Position numbers and translations under genes: made by a program | Part shown: piece by piece, positions 30,569-40,488 of the stretch | Numbering within the stretch: position 1 is the first letter of the stretch | Layout: the number at the start of each line of letters is the position of its first letter | Source: Thermoanaerobaculia bacterium | Lineage (GTDB): Bacteria > Acidobacteriota > Thermoanaerobaculia > Multivoradales > Multivoraceae | DNA length: 64,000 nucleotides | Direction of reading: 5' to 3' | Assembly: GCA_963664405.1 (NCBI GenBank) | Contig: OY761158.1 | Location: 5,600,001-5,664,000 of the forward strand | Notes under the pieces: generated by a model | Told to the model about the DNA's origin: nothing | Seen by the model: only the letters and a program-made list of their open reading frames with translations | Database searches by the model: none

Positions 30569-33483
30569 TTGAAGAGCTTGAGGAAGGTCAGGAAAACGCT
30601 AGTGCCGTCGTCCGGCCCGGCGACCGCGAGCCCGAGATCCAGACTGACGATGGTCCTCCAGGGGCCGACGAAATTGCCTTCTATGCCGACTCCGGCAAGG
30701 AGCTCGTCGCTCAGACCTGCCGCTTCGTCGGTGGCGAAGGCGGCGTCGCCGATCAGGCTGAGCCGGAAAATCTCGCCCATCTCGAAGCCGTAACTCATGT
30801 GGGTGGCCCAGGCCCGTTCGGCTCTCACCTTGTCGCTCTGGTAGCCGTGGACGCGGATGTCGCTGAAGAATCCGAATTCGTACTTGCTGAAGCGATCGAG
30901 GTCGTTGCCGTCTACGTACTCGATCTCGAGCCCGATGCGCTGAAAACGGGGAAGGTGCCAGTTCTTGGCAAAGCCGGCGGCCCACTGATTGAAGCTGTCG
31001 TTGTCGGGGCTGAAGTCCGGGCTACCAGGAAGCCCCCACGGCTCCCATTCCGAACGGCTACTGTGGGTGCCTCCCAGACGCAGGCGGTACCCGGCGCGGT
31101 TGTAGCGCCCGGTCAACGAGAAAGAGTGCGTGAAGTGATCACTGGGAAGAGTGAAGTCCTCGCTCGTGTTTTCGCTCCGGCTGAAGTCTTGGTAGGCGAG
31201 GCCGTAGGAGAAGTCGATCTTGCCGAAGTTACCGATGGTGTGGCCGAGGTCGAGCGCGAAGCGTGCGGGAAGCACTTCGACCTCCTCGCCGATCAACTCG
31301 CTACCGTTCTCGAAGACTTCATTGTCACCTTCGACTGCGATGCCGAAGAGGTCGACACCGATATCCCAACGGCTGCCGAAGAGGCTGGGGTCGGCGATAT
31401 TGGCATTGAGGAGAGCACCGGCGAAGAAGACGTTGACTTGAGCTCCGGTGTCCTTGAAGTTCAGCGAGAAATAGTCGATCCCCGCCAGCGGTACCGGATA
31501 GTCCAAAGACTCGTCGAAAAATACTCCGCCACCTAGAAATATGCGGCTCGGCTTGAGCTTCTCTTGCACGACCCTCTCGCCGGTCTCCTTGTCGGTGATC
31601 AGGTAGCGCAGTCCCTCTGTCGTGTCTCGCACCATCGTCGCCTCGGAGCTGAGCACTACCTCACGTCGGTCTTCGAAATCGGCTCCGTTGAGAATGAGAT
31701 TCGTGAGCTCGGTCTCACTCTCGACGACGGTGCTGGTGTTGAGCACCGACCAGATCTGTTGACCGATGGTATGGGTGGGCAGATAGAGGGCGTCTCTCGA
31801 CCACGCCGCTGCTTGCCCGTCGCTGCCCACCGGTGTGTAGTCGAGGGTGTTTTCGTTGGAGATGACGTCGCCTTCGAGCCCCAGCTGCACCGCGCGGGTT
31901 CTTACTCGAGCGAAGAGCTCTCGATCGATCCAAACCGTACCCTGAAACAGGCTCCGGCCCTCGACGATCGCGGTGGGCTTGAACTCTACGACCCAGCAGT
32001 CACGCCCTCGTACCGAGGCGGTCCCCTTGAGCCGATAGTGGTATTCGGGAGTGAACAGGATCTCGAGTGGCAGCGCCGCCGCCTTTTCGGGCTGCAGCAA
32101 AGGGATGCGGGGGATTCGTTTGCTACGCCAGCGGACGCCGTTGACGTAGAAATCTTGCCAGGCCCAATCGAAGCCCTCGTCGCGCCGAAAGAAGAAGGCC
32201 CCGCGGAAAGTGACCTCGATGGCCTGGAGCCCAGTCAGCTGAAATCGCATATGGGTCGTATTGATCGCCTGATAGTGGTCCAGACGTCGAGCTTGGTCGT
32301 CTTCGAATGCCTGCAGTCGGCTGAGGATCTCTTCAACGGGTATCTGACGCTCCGAGGCAACGGTGACCTGCTCGGTCAGGCCAGCGAGCCCTTCGATCTC
32401 GTCTGCAGTGAGGCGTTCTAGGCGCAGCAATACGCCGCCCTCGGGGTTGGTGACGGTTACCGCCAGGCTTTGTTGGCCTCGCCGCTCCCAGGGGAGGCTA
32501 CGGATCTCGCCGCTCGCGATATCGATGCGCTCCGCCCGCTTGAGATGGGGGTCGGGAAAGAGGAGAGTGAGCTCTTCTTCGGTTCCAGCATCGACGATGA
32601 CTCGCAGAGTAAGGTCCTCCCCGCGCACGAAGCTCCAAGATGCCGCGGCCCCGGAGGGTGCCGTTGCGGGGTCGAAGGAGAGGTCGCCGCTGAATTCTTG
32701 AGCCAGGAGCACGAGCGGGGCGACCGACTCGGAAGTGGCGTCGAGAAGCTCCACGAAGGCTCCGTGAGCTCCGGCGGCGACCGCCGCGGCTGCCTCGCCC
32801 AGGGCACGAGACGGATCACCTTCCAGCGCGACCGAGTCGATCAGGATCGGTCTGCCAGGGTCTATCTCGGCCAGGATGTCTATTGCGGCTCCGATCCTCT
32901 CCTCCGAGGCCGGTGCAAGGGCGACGACGTCGATGTAGGCGGAGATCCCCTCATCATAGAGGGCGCGGAGCACCTCTGGGTCCGCCTCGAGGGCCGAGGT
33001 CATCACGCGGGCGCCCGGAGCCGCGCCGGTGATGGTGACTGCAGCACGCTTCAGGGCGAAAGCGTAGTCCGTACTATTCCAGGATCCGGTAGATGGGGTC
33101 CAGACTACCTGGAGGTAAGCATCCTCTCCGACCTCCCGGGCCAGCTGGGCGACCGCCTCGAGCTCGCTCTCCAAGGCAGCCAGGTTGTCGGTGAGCGGTG
33201 AGGGAGCAGTCAGCGTGAAGGCCGGGACCGGCGTCGCGCCAGCTTGGCGTAGCGCTTCGGCATGTCTCGGAGTCGCGCCGCCGGTTACCTCCCATTTGAC
33301 GAGAAGGCGCGCTTCGACCTCCTCAGGAGGGGCACTCGTATTCGCGAGGACGCGAGCGAGGCCCTCCGGATCGGATGTCTGCACCGCTGCGCAAGGCAGA
33401 CATTCGAGCCCCTGCGACTGTGCGGCGCCGACCGATCCGAGTGCGAGAACGAGTGCCGCGAGCCCTCTTCGCGAGTTTCCCAT
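30565..33483 (-). CDS. Large exported multidomain protein with probable C-terminal beta-barrel
   Basis: Signal peptide; GTVWIDRE (LolA/MucB-like); alternating beta-strand pattern; ends FLTFLKLFN. Confidence 0.6.
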   Translation of the reverse strand: MGNSRRGLAALVLALGSVGAAQSQGLECLPCAAVQTSDPEGLARVLANTSAPPEEVEARLLVKWEVTGGATPRHAEALRQAGATPVPAFTLTAPSPLTDNLAALESELEAVAQLAREVGEDAYLQVVWTPSTGSWNSTDYAFALKRAAVTITGAAPGARVMTSALEADPEVLRALYDEGISAYIDVVALAPASEERIGAAIDILAEIDPGRPILIDSVALEGDPSRALGEAAAAVAAGAHGAFVELLDATSESVAPLVLLAQEFSGDLSFDPATAPSGAAASWSFVRGEDLTLRVIVDAGTEEELTLLFPDPHLKRAERIDIASGEIRSLPWERRGQQSLAVTVTNPEGGVLLRLERLTADEIEGLAGLTEQVTVASERQIPVEEILSRLQAFEDDQARRLDHYQAINTTHMRFQLTGLQAIEVTFRGAFFFRRDEGFDWAWQDFYVNGVRWRSKRIPRIPLLQPEKAAALPLEILFTPEYHYRLKGTASVRGRDCWVVEFKPTAIVEGRSLFQGTVWIDRELFARVRTRAVQLGLEGDVISNENTLDYTPVGSDGQAAAWSRDALYLPTHTIGQQIWSVLNTSTVVESETELTNLILNGADFEDRREVVLSSEATMVRDTTEGLRYLITDKETGERVVQEKLKPSRIFLGGGVFFDESLDYPVPLAGIDYFSLNFKDTGAQVNVFFAGALLNANIADPSLFGSRWDIGVDLFGIAVEGDNEVFENGSELIGEEVEVLPARFALDLGHTIGNFGKIDFSYGLAYQDFSRSENTSEDFTLPSDHFTHSFSLTGRYNRAGYRLRLGGTHSSRSEWEPWGLPGSPDFSPDNDSFNQWAAGFAKNWHLPRFQRIGLEIEYVDGNDLDRFSKYEFGFFSDIRVHGYQSDKVRAERAWATHMSYGFEMGEIFRLSLIGDAAFATDEAAGLSDELLAGVGIEGNFVGPWRTIVSLDLGLAVAGPDDGTSVFLTFLKLFN

Positions 33484-33493
33484 GAAGCTTCGA

Positions 33494-34540
33494 TCAGGAC
33501 TCGGTCGTCTCTTCGGCTACCACCGGGGCTGCGACCATGGGAGGCAGGTCCATCACCTCCCGTACGAGACCCTCCAACTCCGTCTGAAGATCGACGTTCT
33601 CGCGGAGAAACTCGCGGGATTTCTCCCTCCCCTGGCCGAGACGGACTTCGCCATACCCGTACCACGAGCCGCTCTTGGTGATCAGCTTGTGCTCGACTCC
33701 GAGGTCGAGCAATTCGCCGAGGTGAGAGATGCCCTCTTTGTACAAGATGTCGAACTCGGCTTGGCGGAAGGGGGCCGCCACTTTGTTCTTGACTACTTTT
33801 ACCTTGGTCCTGGCGCCGACGACGACGTCACCTTCTTTGATCTGGCCGATGCGGCGGATGTCGACCCGGACCGAGGAGTAGAACTTGAGGGCCCGCCCTC
33901 CAGAGGTCGTTTCCGGGCTGCCGAACATGACTCCGATCTTTTCTCGGATCTGATTGATGAAGATGAGGCAGGTCTTTGACTTAGCGACGATTGCGGTGAG
34001 CTTGCGGAGGGCCTGCGACATGAGCCGTGCTTGAAGGCCGACATGAGAGTCGCCCATCTCGCCCTCGAGCTCGGCTCGGGGCACCAGCGCCGCAACAGAG
34101 TCGATGACGATGACGTCGATTGCGTTCGAGCGCACCAGCATCTCCGCGATCTCCAACGCCTCTTCGCCGCTGTCGGGTTGGGATACCAGGAGGTTGTCGA
34201 TATCAACGCCGAGTTTCGCCGCGTACTCCGCGTCGAGAGCGTGCTCGGCATCGATGAAGGCGGCCACCCCTCCGGCGTACTGCGCCCTACCCGTTACCGA
34301 GAGCGCCAGGGTCGTTTTTCCCGACGACTCCGGGCCGTAGATCTCCACCACCCGCCCGCGCGGAAAGCCTCCGATCCCGATCGCGTGATCGACGGCAAGA
34401 ATGCCGGTCGAGATCGACGCGATCGAGAGGGCGTCGCGCTGGCCCAGACGCATAATTGCGCCTTTGCCGAATTGCCTCTCGATTTGCAAGAAAGCGCTAT
34501 CAATAGCCTTGCCCTTTTCCTCAGATGTCACATCGGTCAT
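33494..34540 (-). CDS. recA: Recombinase RecA
   Basis: [36 protein letters not shown]; AAGGAG RBS before ATG 34540. Confidence 0.98.
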   Translation of the reverse strand: MTDVTSEEKGKAIDSAFLQIERQFGKGAIMRLGQRDALSIASISTGILAVDHAIGIGGFPRGRVVEIYGPESSGKTTLALSVTGRAQYAGGVAAFIDAEHALDAEYAAKLGVDIDNLLVSQPDSGEEALEIAEMLVRSNAIDVIVIDSVAALVPRAELEGEMGDSHVGLQARLMSQALRKLTAIVAKSKTCLIFINQIREKIGVMFGSPETTSGGRALKFYSSVRVDIRRIGQIKEGDVVVGARTKVKVVKNKVAAPFRQAEFDILYKEGISHLGELLDLGVEHKLITKSGSWYGYGEVRLGQGREKSREFLRENVDLQTELEGLVREVMDLPPMVAAPVVAEETTES

Positions 34541-34729
34541 CAGGTCCACTCCTTCAGCGCGCCCACAGAATCGGAGGCGCTATACTGCATTCTCTGGCAC
34601 CGTGACGAAGAAAGGAAGACCCTCTTCGCCGCATCGTGTGCATCGACTTTTTTGGGCACGAAAAGCTTCGCCCCGAGATCGACTCGAAGGGCAGCCGGTA
34701 GGACAAACGATCGTATAGAAGGGTCCTAG

Positions 34730-35683
34730 GTGAGTCAAGAAGCCGCCGGGCTGGTGACACTTCTATCCGAGCTCGAGAGCACGCCCGGATTGGAGCTCGA
34801 GTTGGAAGCGCCGCTCGCTCGCCTGACCAGCCTGAGGGTGGGTGGTGCCGCCGAGGTGCTGGCGACAGTGTCGACCGAGGATGCGCTGCGGCTGATTCTC
34901 GAGCGGATCGCGGCTCGAGGTGCTGCGCATACGCTCCTCGGCATGGGCTCGAATGTGCTTGTTCCCGAGGGCGGACTTCGAGGGGTTACCCTGCGCTTGG
35001 ATGGAGAGTTTCGCCGCACTCGGACGTTCGGCGAACAGGTTGAGGCGGGGTGCGCGGTCTCGCTTGCCCAGTTGGCCCGCTCGACCGCTCGGATGGGGCT
35101 TGCCGGTCTCGAGGCCTTTTCCGGGTTCCCCTCCACAGTGGGCGGCGCGGTGGTCATGAACGCCGGTTGCTACGGCGAAGAGATCGCTGACGTGTTGGTG
35201 GAGACGAGGACGGTCGATGCCTCGGGAGAGCGCCACCGACTCGGCGTCGACGATCTCTCAGCCGCCTACCGAAGCACCGCACTCCAGGGGACCGGGTCGG
35301 TGGTAACAAGGGCGACCTTTCAGCTTCGAAGGGGAGACCCAGCCGCCTTGACCGACCGGATCCTCGAGCTCAACCGGCGGCGTTGGTCGAGCCTTCCCTC
35401 GGGGCTGCCCAATGCCGGGTCGATCTTTCGCAATCCGGAGTCGGACCACGCGGGTCGACTGATCGAGGCGGTCGGGCTCAAGGGGCGAACCTTGGGCGGC
35501 GCACAGATCAGCCCCAAGCACGCCAATGTGATCGTCAATCGCGGGGGGGCCCGATCGAGAGATGTTTTCGATCTGATGCTGCTCGCCTACAGGAGGGTCA
35601 AGGAAGAGAGCACAGTTGCGTTGGAGCCTGAGCTGGTTCTTCTCGGCGACTACCGCGAGGAGTGGGATCGTCTGACCGGCTGA
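34730..35683 (+). CDS. murB: UDP-N-acetylenolpyruvoylglucosamine reductase
   Basis: VGGAA, GSNVL, PSTVGGAVVMNAG, NAGSIFRNP, HANVIVN, LEPE. Confidence 0.92.
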   Translation: MSQEAAGLVTLLSELESTPGLELELEAPLARLTSLRVGGAAEVLATVSTEDALRLILERIAARGAAHTLLGMGSNVLVPEGGLRGVTLRLDGEFRRTRTFGEQVEAGCAVSLAQLARSTARMGLAGLEAFSGFPSTVGGAVVMNAGCYGEEIADVLVETRTVDASGERHRLGVDDLSAAYRSTALQGTGSVVTRATFQLRRGDPAALTDRILELNRRRWSSLPSGLPNAGSIFRNPESDHAGRLIEAVGLKGRTLGGAQISPKHANVIVNRGGARSRDVFDLMLLAYRRVKEESTVALEPELVLLGDYREEWDRLTG

Positions 35684-35734
35684 TCCTCCGCTATACTCGT
35701 CTGCTCTACAAGGTCAGAGGGAAGGAGCTTTGCA

Positions 35735-36238
35735 GTGAAATCTCGTCGACTCGTCGCCACGCTCGGCGGCCTCGGAGTACTCTTATGTTGGGCCTGCGCT
35801 CCGCCGCTCACGCCGGAAGAAGAGGTGAGCAACCTGAGGATGCAGTACGAGGCCGAGCTCAAGTCGTTTACGGTTACCCAGGAGCCTCAGACCGCCGATG
35901 TCTCCGAGGGAGAGGATGAGGAGACTGACGATGGAGTGGAGGCGCCCGCTCCGACAGTAAGGAGCGACGCTTTGCTCGACATCCTGGTCTCTACCACCGC
36001 CACCGAGCGCCTGCCGGGGATCACTGTTGAAGTGCAACAGGTCGATGCCGCGGGCAAGGAGAAGGCCACTGGACTGCTGTGGGTCGACACCAGCACTCTC
36101 GGGCGCGGCAATGGCGTCCAAGTGACCCACGTTCTCGAGGACATCACCTACGATGCCGGCGATGGTTTTTGGGTAGGAGTTCGTTCGAGCATCCCCGCTT
36201 CGGAATACGGCAAGTACAAAGAGTTCTCCGCTCCGTAA
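35735..36238 (+). CDS. Hypothetical lipoprotein
   Basis: Basic N-terminus, hydrophobic core, lipobox-like CWAC; AAGGAG RBS. Confidence 0.6.
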   Translation: MKSRRLVATLGGLGVLLCWACAPPLTPEEEVSNLRMQYEAELKSFTVTQEPQTADVSEGEDEETDDGVEAPAPTVRSDALLDILVSTTATERLPGITVEVQQVDAAGKEKATGLLWVDTSTLGRGNGVQVTHVLEDITYDAGDGFWVGVRSSIPASEYGKYKEFSAP

Positions 36239-36330
36239 AAGTAGTGTCGGTTCGATGCTTGGGCCGCCCCTCTTGTCGCTTTATGTGGATATGGCCAGAA
36301 ACACGTACTCCGTGAGAGAATGCTTCCCCT

Positions 36331-37290
36331 ATGAGTGAGATCAATACTATTTTTTCGAGGGATGAAACCGCGACGAGCATCTTGGCGCGACTCGAAGACA
36401 ACATTCAAACTGTTGTTCGGGGCAAGCCGGAGGTGGTGCGCTTGGCCATTGTCGCGATTCTCGCGCGAGGCCATGTGCTGATCGAGGATGTGCCAGGCGT
36501 TGGCAAGACCACGCTCGCTCACGCGCTGGCGAGGTCGGTCGGTCTCGATTTTCAGCGCATTCAGTTCACCAGTGACCTGCTTCCGTCCGACATTATCGGG
36601 GTTTCTATCTACAGCCAGGAGCGCGAGAGCTTCGAGTTCTCGCCTGGGCCGCTGTTTGCGAACCTGGTTCTGGCGGACGAGATCAACCGGGCCACGCCCA
36701 AGACCCAGTCTGCTCTTCTCGAGGCGATGAGCGAGCGCAAGGTCTCGGTGGATCGAGAGCGTCTCTCACTCCCCGAGCCCTTCATCGTTCTCGCTACCCA
36801 GAACCCGCTGGAGTACCAGGGCACCTTTCCGCTGCCCGAGTCCCAGCTCGATCGCTTCTTGATGTCTCTTGAGCTCGGCTACCCACCGCCGGACGCGGAG
36901 CGAGAGCTCCTTGTCTCCGGCGGGGTCGATGACCTCCTCGAAGCCTTGGCGCCGGCGATCGCGCGCGAGGAGTTCATCGAGCTCCAGGACGGTGTCGGTC
37001 GCATCAAGATGGCGGGGAAGCTTGCCGACTACATTCTCGCCATCGCCCGAGAAACTCGCGAGAGCGAAGAGTTCATCCTCGGTGTGTCCACGCGTGCCGT
37101 CCAAGATCTCTATCGATCCGTGCAGGCGTTGGCTGTTTGCGAGGGACGCGATTTCGCGGTGCCCGACGATGTGCAGAGGGTCGCCGTGCCTGTGCTCTCT
37201 CACCGGGTGCAGTTGCGCTCGGGTGGCGGACTCAATTCAGCCCGCAGTGCGATTCGAGGAGTGCTTGCAAAGGTCGAGGTGCCGGTGTAA
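36331..37290 (+). CDS. moxR: MoxR-family AAA+ ATPase
   Basis: EDVPGVGKT, RIQFTSDLLPSDI, ADEINRA, ATQNP, QLDRF. Confidence 0.92.
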   Translation: MSEINTIFSRDETATSILARLEDNIQTVVRGKPEVVRLAIVAILARGHVLIEDVPGVGKTTLAHALARSVGLDFQRIQFTSDLLPSDIIGVSIYSQERESFEFSPGPLFANLVLADEINRATPKTQSALLEAMSERKVSVDRERLSLPEPFIVLATQNPLEYQGTFPLPESQLDRFLMSLELGYPPPDAERELLVSGGVDDLLEALAPAIAREEFIELQDGVGRIKMAGKLADYILAIARETRESEEFILGVSTRAVQDLYRSVQALAVCEGRDFAVPDDVQRVAVPVLSHRVQLRSGGGLNSARSAIRGVLAKVEVPV

Positions 37291-37294
37291 GCGC

Positions 37295-38293
37295 ATGCGG
37301 CGCAAGAAAGTCCCCGAACAAATTCGGCCGACCAAGGTCGGTATTTGGTTCGTGCTGCTCACTCTGTTGATCGGTGTCGCCGCTACCAACACCGGCAACA
37401 ACGCCCTGTACATGGTTTTGGCGCTGATGCTTGCTACCCTGGTGGTCTCTGGGGTGTTGTCGCGCAACAACGTGAAGAAGGTCGATGTCGAAGTTGTCGC
37501 TCCCGACGAGATCTTTGCCGGGACGGCAGCCACCCTCCAGGTTCATCTGAAGAACCTCTCTCGCCTTGTTCCAAGGTGGCTGCTGCTCGTCTCGTTCTCC
37601 GACCTGGCTCCTTCGCTTCTTTGTTCCTTCCTGCCGCCACGGTCGACACAGACACTGCTGGCAGATATCACCTTTTCCCGTCGTGGCCGGCATCAGTTGA
37701 AGACCGCGCATCTGGCGACGATCTTTCCCTTCGGTCTCTTTCGCAAGGGAACACGTCAGGAGCTGGACCTGGATGTGATGGTCTACCCGCGCCTGTTGGC
37801 GGGCGAGCACGGCATCAGTCGCTCGACCGCAGCATTCGGTGCGACTCGGGATCGGAACCCGGGTTGGGGACACGACCTTCACAGTCTGCGAGATTTGCGC
37901 CCCGGAGACGACCCGCGGCGGATTCATTGGAAGCAGACTGCGCGCACCGGCAAGATGATCTTCATGGAGCTAGAGGCGGAAAAGAGCCGGAGAGTGACTC
38001 TGGTGATCGACAATGCGCTCGATCCGGCGGAGGGGCTCGAGGCTCAAGAGAAGCTGGAGACACGAATCAGTCGCGGCGCTGCAGCGGCGCTCGACTATTT
38101 GAGTGCAGGCTTCGAGGTCGAGCTCATCACTCGCTCGGAGCAGCTGCCCTTTGCCGGCGGGAGCCGGCAGCGCAGCCGGATTCTCGAAGTGCTTGCCCTA
38201 CTCGAGGCGGCGCTTCCGGACGAGGAGCCTCTGGGGGGTAGCGGAGGGGTCGAGATTCGCTTCGATGCCGGCGCGCTGGGAGTACCCACATGA
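37295..38293 (+). CDS. DUF58-family protein
   Basis: N-terminal TMs, FPFGLF, LRDLRPGDDPRRIHWKQTAR. Confidence 0.85.
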   Translation: MRRKKVPEQIRPTKVGIWFVLLTLLIGVAATNTGNNALYMVLALMLATLVVSGVLSRNNVKKVDVEVVAPDEIFAGTAATLQVHLKNLSRLVPRWLLLVSFSDLAPSLLCSFLPPRSTQTLLADITFSRRGRHQLKTAHLATIFPFGLFRKGTRQELDLDVMVYPRLLAGEHGISRSTAAFGATRDRNPGWGHDLHSLRDLRPGDDPRRIHWKQTARTGKMIFMELEAEKSRRVTLVIDNALDPAEGLEAQEKLETRISRGAAAALDYLSAGFEVELITRSEQLPFAGGSRQRSRILEVLALLEAALPDEEPLGGSGGVEIRFDAGALGVPT

Positions 38294-40488
38294 GGGCCTG
38301 GGGCAGGAAGAAGAAAGAGCCCAAGGCAGGCGCGCTCCCCTTGAGCTTCGCGTCTGAAAAGAAGCTGCTGCTCGGATTGCTGGCTCTGGTGGTCGCGATT
38401 CCCTTTCCGATGGCGGAGCCTCAGCCGGAGGGAGTCGTGAGCTGGGCTGGGGTGTTCCTCTACTCGGTTGCAGTTATCTTCTTTCTAGTGCGCACCCGGC
38501 GCGGTAAGGAGGGCTCAATCCCGGGGTGGGCGATGAACCTTCTCGCCATCGCCTACTTGCCCTGGTTCGTGTTCCGGCTGAAAACGATGGCAGCACTTCA
38601 GCTCGCGAGCCCGATGGTCGAGCTGCTCATGTTTGGCCTGGTCGTCAAGCTGTTCAGCTTGCGTAGAGAGCGGGACAAATGGCATGTCAGCGGGCTCTTG
38701 TTCTTTCTCTTCGTCGCGGCCATGGCGACCAGCATTCATCCCTTGATCTTTGTCTACTTGATGGCCTTTTTCGGCTTCTGGCTGACGCTGCTCTTTCGTT
38801 TCATGCATCTTCACCTTGTCGGGACCTATCGAGAGGGCGCCCCTGGTGCTGGAAGCTTCTCTCCCAGGCCGCTCCTCTTGTCGTGTGCGGTGCTTGCGCT
38901 TTTTGGCGCCGTACCCCTCTTCACCATGTTGCCTCGATTCCGCACTCCCTACATCCAGCAGGGGCTTCCGGGTCGTCAGGAATACACCACCGGCTTTCGC
39001 GACGAGGTCTCGCTCGACGTCGTCGGCAACATCCGTCAGAGCGACGAAGTCGCGCTGCGAATGAAGCCGGAAGACCCGACCCTGGCCGCTCCGTACCTAC
39101 TCCGGGGAACGACCTACGATCGTTTCCAGGACCTCAGGTGGAAGCGGAGTAGGCTCGACGCGACGCCGCTGGAGCCTGCCACCCGTAACCTTTACCGCCT
39201 TGCGCCCGACGAGACCGAAGGGAAGGTCCGTATCTGGCTGGAACCGATCGATTCGAACAGTCTGATCCTGCCAGCCGAAACGGTTTCGGTGGAGCTCTCC
39301 CGCCGCCTCTTTGTCGACGCGGGGGGCGGCGTGATGATGAACTGGCCGCGTCAGGGCCTTCTCGAGTATCGAGTCGGCGTGGCGGCCCGGCCTGTCTTCC
39401 GCGGGGCCATTCCCGACCTCGACTCGGAGGATGAGGCTACTCTCGATCAGGGCGGGGTCACGCCGCGCATTCGAGAACTCGCCGTGCGCTTGTCTGCGGG
39501 CTTCCCGCCTGCCGTGGCGGCAAAGAGGATCGAGCGCTACTTGACCGACAACTTCGAGTACACGCTCGATTTCCTTGGCCGTCAGTCCGAGAACCCGATC
39601 GAAGACTTTCTCTTCCAGTATCGCAGTGGGCATTGCGAGTACTTCGCCAGTTCCATGATCTTCATGTTGCGGGCTACGGGTGTGCCTGCTCGTCTTGCCA
39701 CCGGCTTTCTAGGCGCCGAGTTCAATCCGCTGGAGGACTACTACATCGTTCGCCAGAACAACGCTCACGCTTGGGTCGAGGCCTACCTGCCTGACGTGGG
39801 TTGGACGACCTTCGACCCGACTCCCCCGTCGGGCCGACCGGTGGTGAAGGCGCGGCCGACGGCGCTGATGGTGCTCCGCCAGGCTTGGGACTACCTCGAG
39901 TTCCGTTGGGACCGGTATGTGATGGCCTACGGTTTCTTCGATCAGGTCGGGCTAATCCTGAGACTTCGTGATTTCCTCCGCCAGTTCGAGCGTCGAGAGT
40001 TCTCGCTGCCGTCGATGCCCCGCTTGCCTTTCGAGGGTGGGGAAGGAGAGCTGGCCAAGCCGGAGGTCGGCCTCGAGAATCTCGGCGGCCTGTGGATCGC
40101 CATCGCGGCTCTTTGCCTGGGTCTGGCGATCGCCTTGCTGATCGCGATCCGTCGGCGCCGCCGGTTCGGCGCCACCGCGGCGTATCGCAGACTGCGCGAC
40201 GACCTGGGCCGCCGCGAGCCCGCTCTCAGCGTCGCCACCGCCCCCCTGGCGCTCAAGGAGTGGGTGGTGCAAAACCTGCCGCAGGCGGCCGGCCCCTCCG
40301 CTCAGCTCATCGACCTCTATCTCCTCGAGAGCTTCGGCGAGCGTCGGCTCAGCGCGCCCCAGACCGTGAGCCTGCGAACGAGTCTGGGGGAGGTGCGCAG
40401 TGTCCTGCGCCGAACCAAGAGCTCGACCCCTGGCGGAGCCGCGCCTTGGACGCGGCTCCTCTCTCGCTTCAGAAGCCGAAGTTTCTAA
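38290..40488 (+). CDS. TgpA-like membrane transglutaminase-domain protein
   Basis: Multi-TM N-terminus; GHCEYFAS, HAWVE, FDPTP catalytic motifs. Confidence 0.88.
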   Translation: MRAWGRKKKEPKAGALPLSFASEKKLLLGLLALVVAIPFPMAEPQPEGVVSWAGVFLYSVAVIFFLVRTRRGKEGSIPGWAMNLLAIAYLPWFVFRLKTMAALQLASPMVELLMFGLVVKLFSLRRERDKWHVSGLLFFLFVAAMATSIHPLIFVYLMAFFGFWLTLLFRFMHLHLVGTYREGAPGAGSFSPRPLLLSCAVLALFGAVPLFTMLPRFRTPYIQQGLPGRQEYTTGFRDEVSLDVVGNIRQSDEVALRMKPEDPTLAAPYLLRGTTYDRFQDLRWKRSRLDATPLEPATRNLYRLAPDETEGKVRIWLEPIDSNSLILPAETVSVELSRRLFVDAGGGVMMNWPRQGLLEYRVGVAARPVFRGAIPDLDSEDEATLDQGGVTPRIRELAVRLSAGFPPAVAAKRIERYLTDNFEYTLDFLGRQSENPIEDFLFQYRSGHCEYFASSMIFMLRATGVPARLATGFLGAEFNPLEDYYIVRQNNAHAWVEAYLPDVGWTTFDPTPPSGRPVVKARPTALMVLRQAWDYLEFRWDRYVMAYGFFDQVGLILRLRDFLRQFERREFSLPSMPRLPFEGGEGELAKPEVGLENLGGLWIAIAALCLGLAIALLIAIRRRRRFGATAAYRRLRDDLGRREPALSVATAPLALKEWVVQNLPQAAGPSAQLIDLYLLESFGERRLSAPQTVSLRTSLGEVRSVLRRTKSSTPGGAAPWTRLLSRFRSRSF

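Noticed and set aside
34595-34630. Possible LexA box upstream of recA (CGAAGA...TCTTCG)
   Set aside because: No convincing match to any SOS-box consensus I can cite
36869-37294. N-terminal extension of the DUF58 ORF
   Set aside because: Shadow frame within moxR
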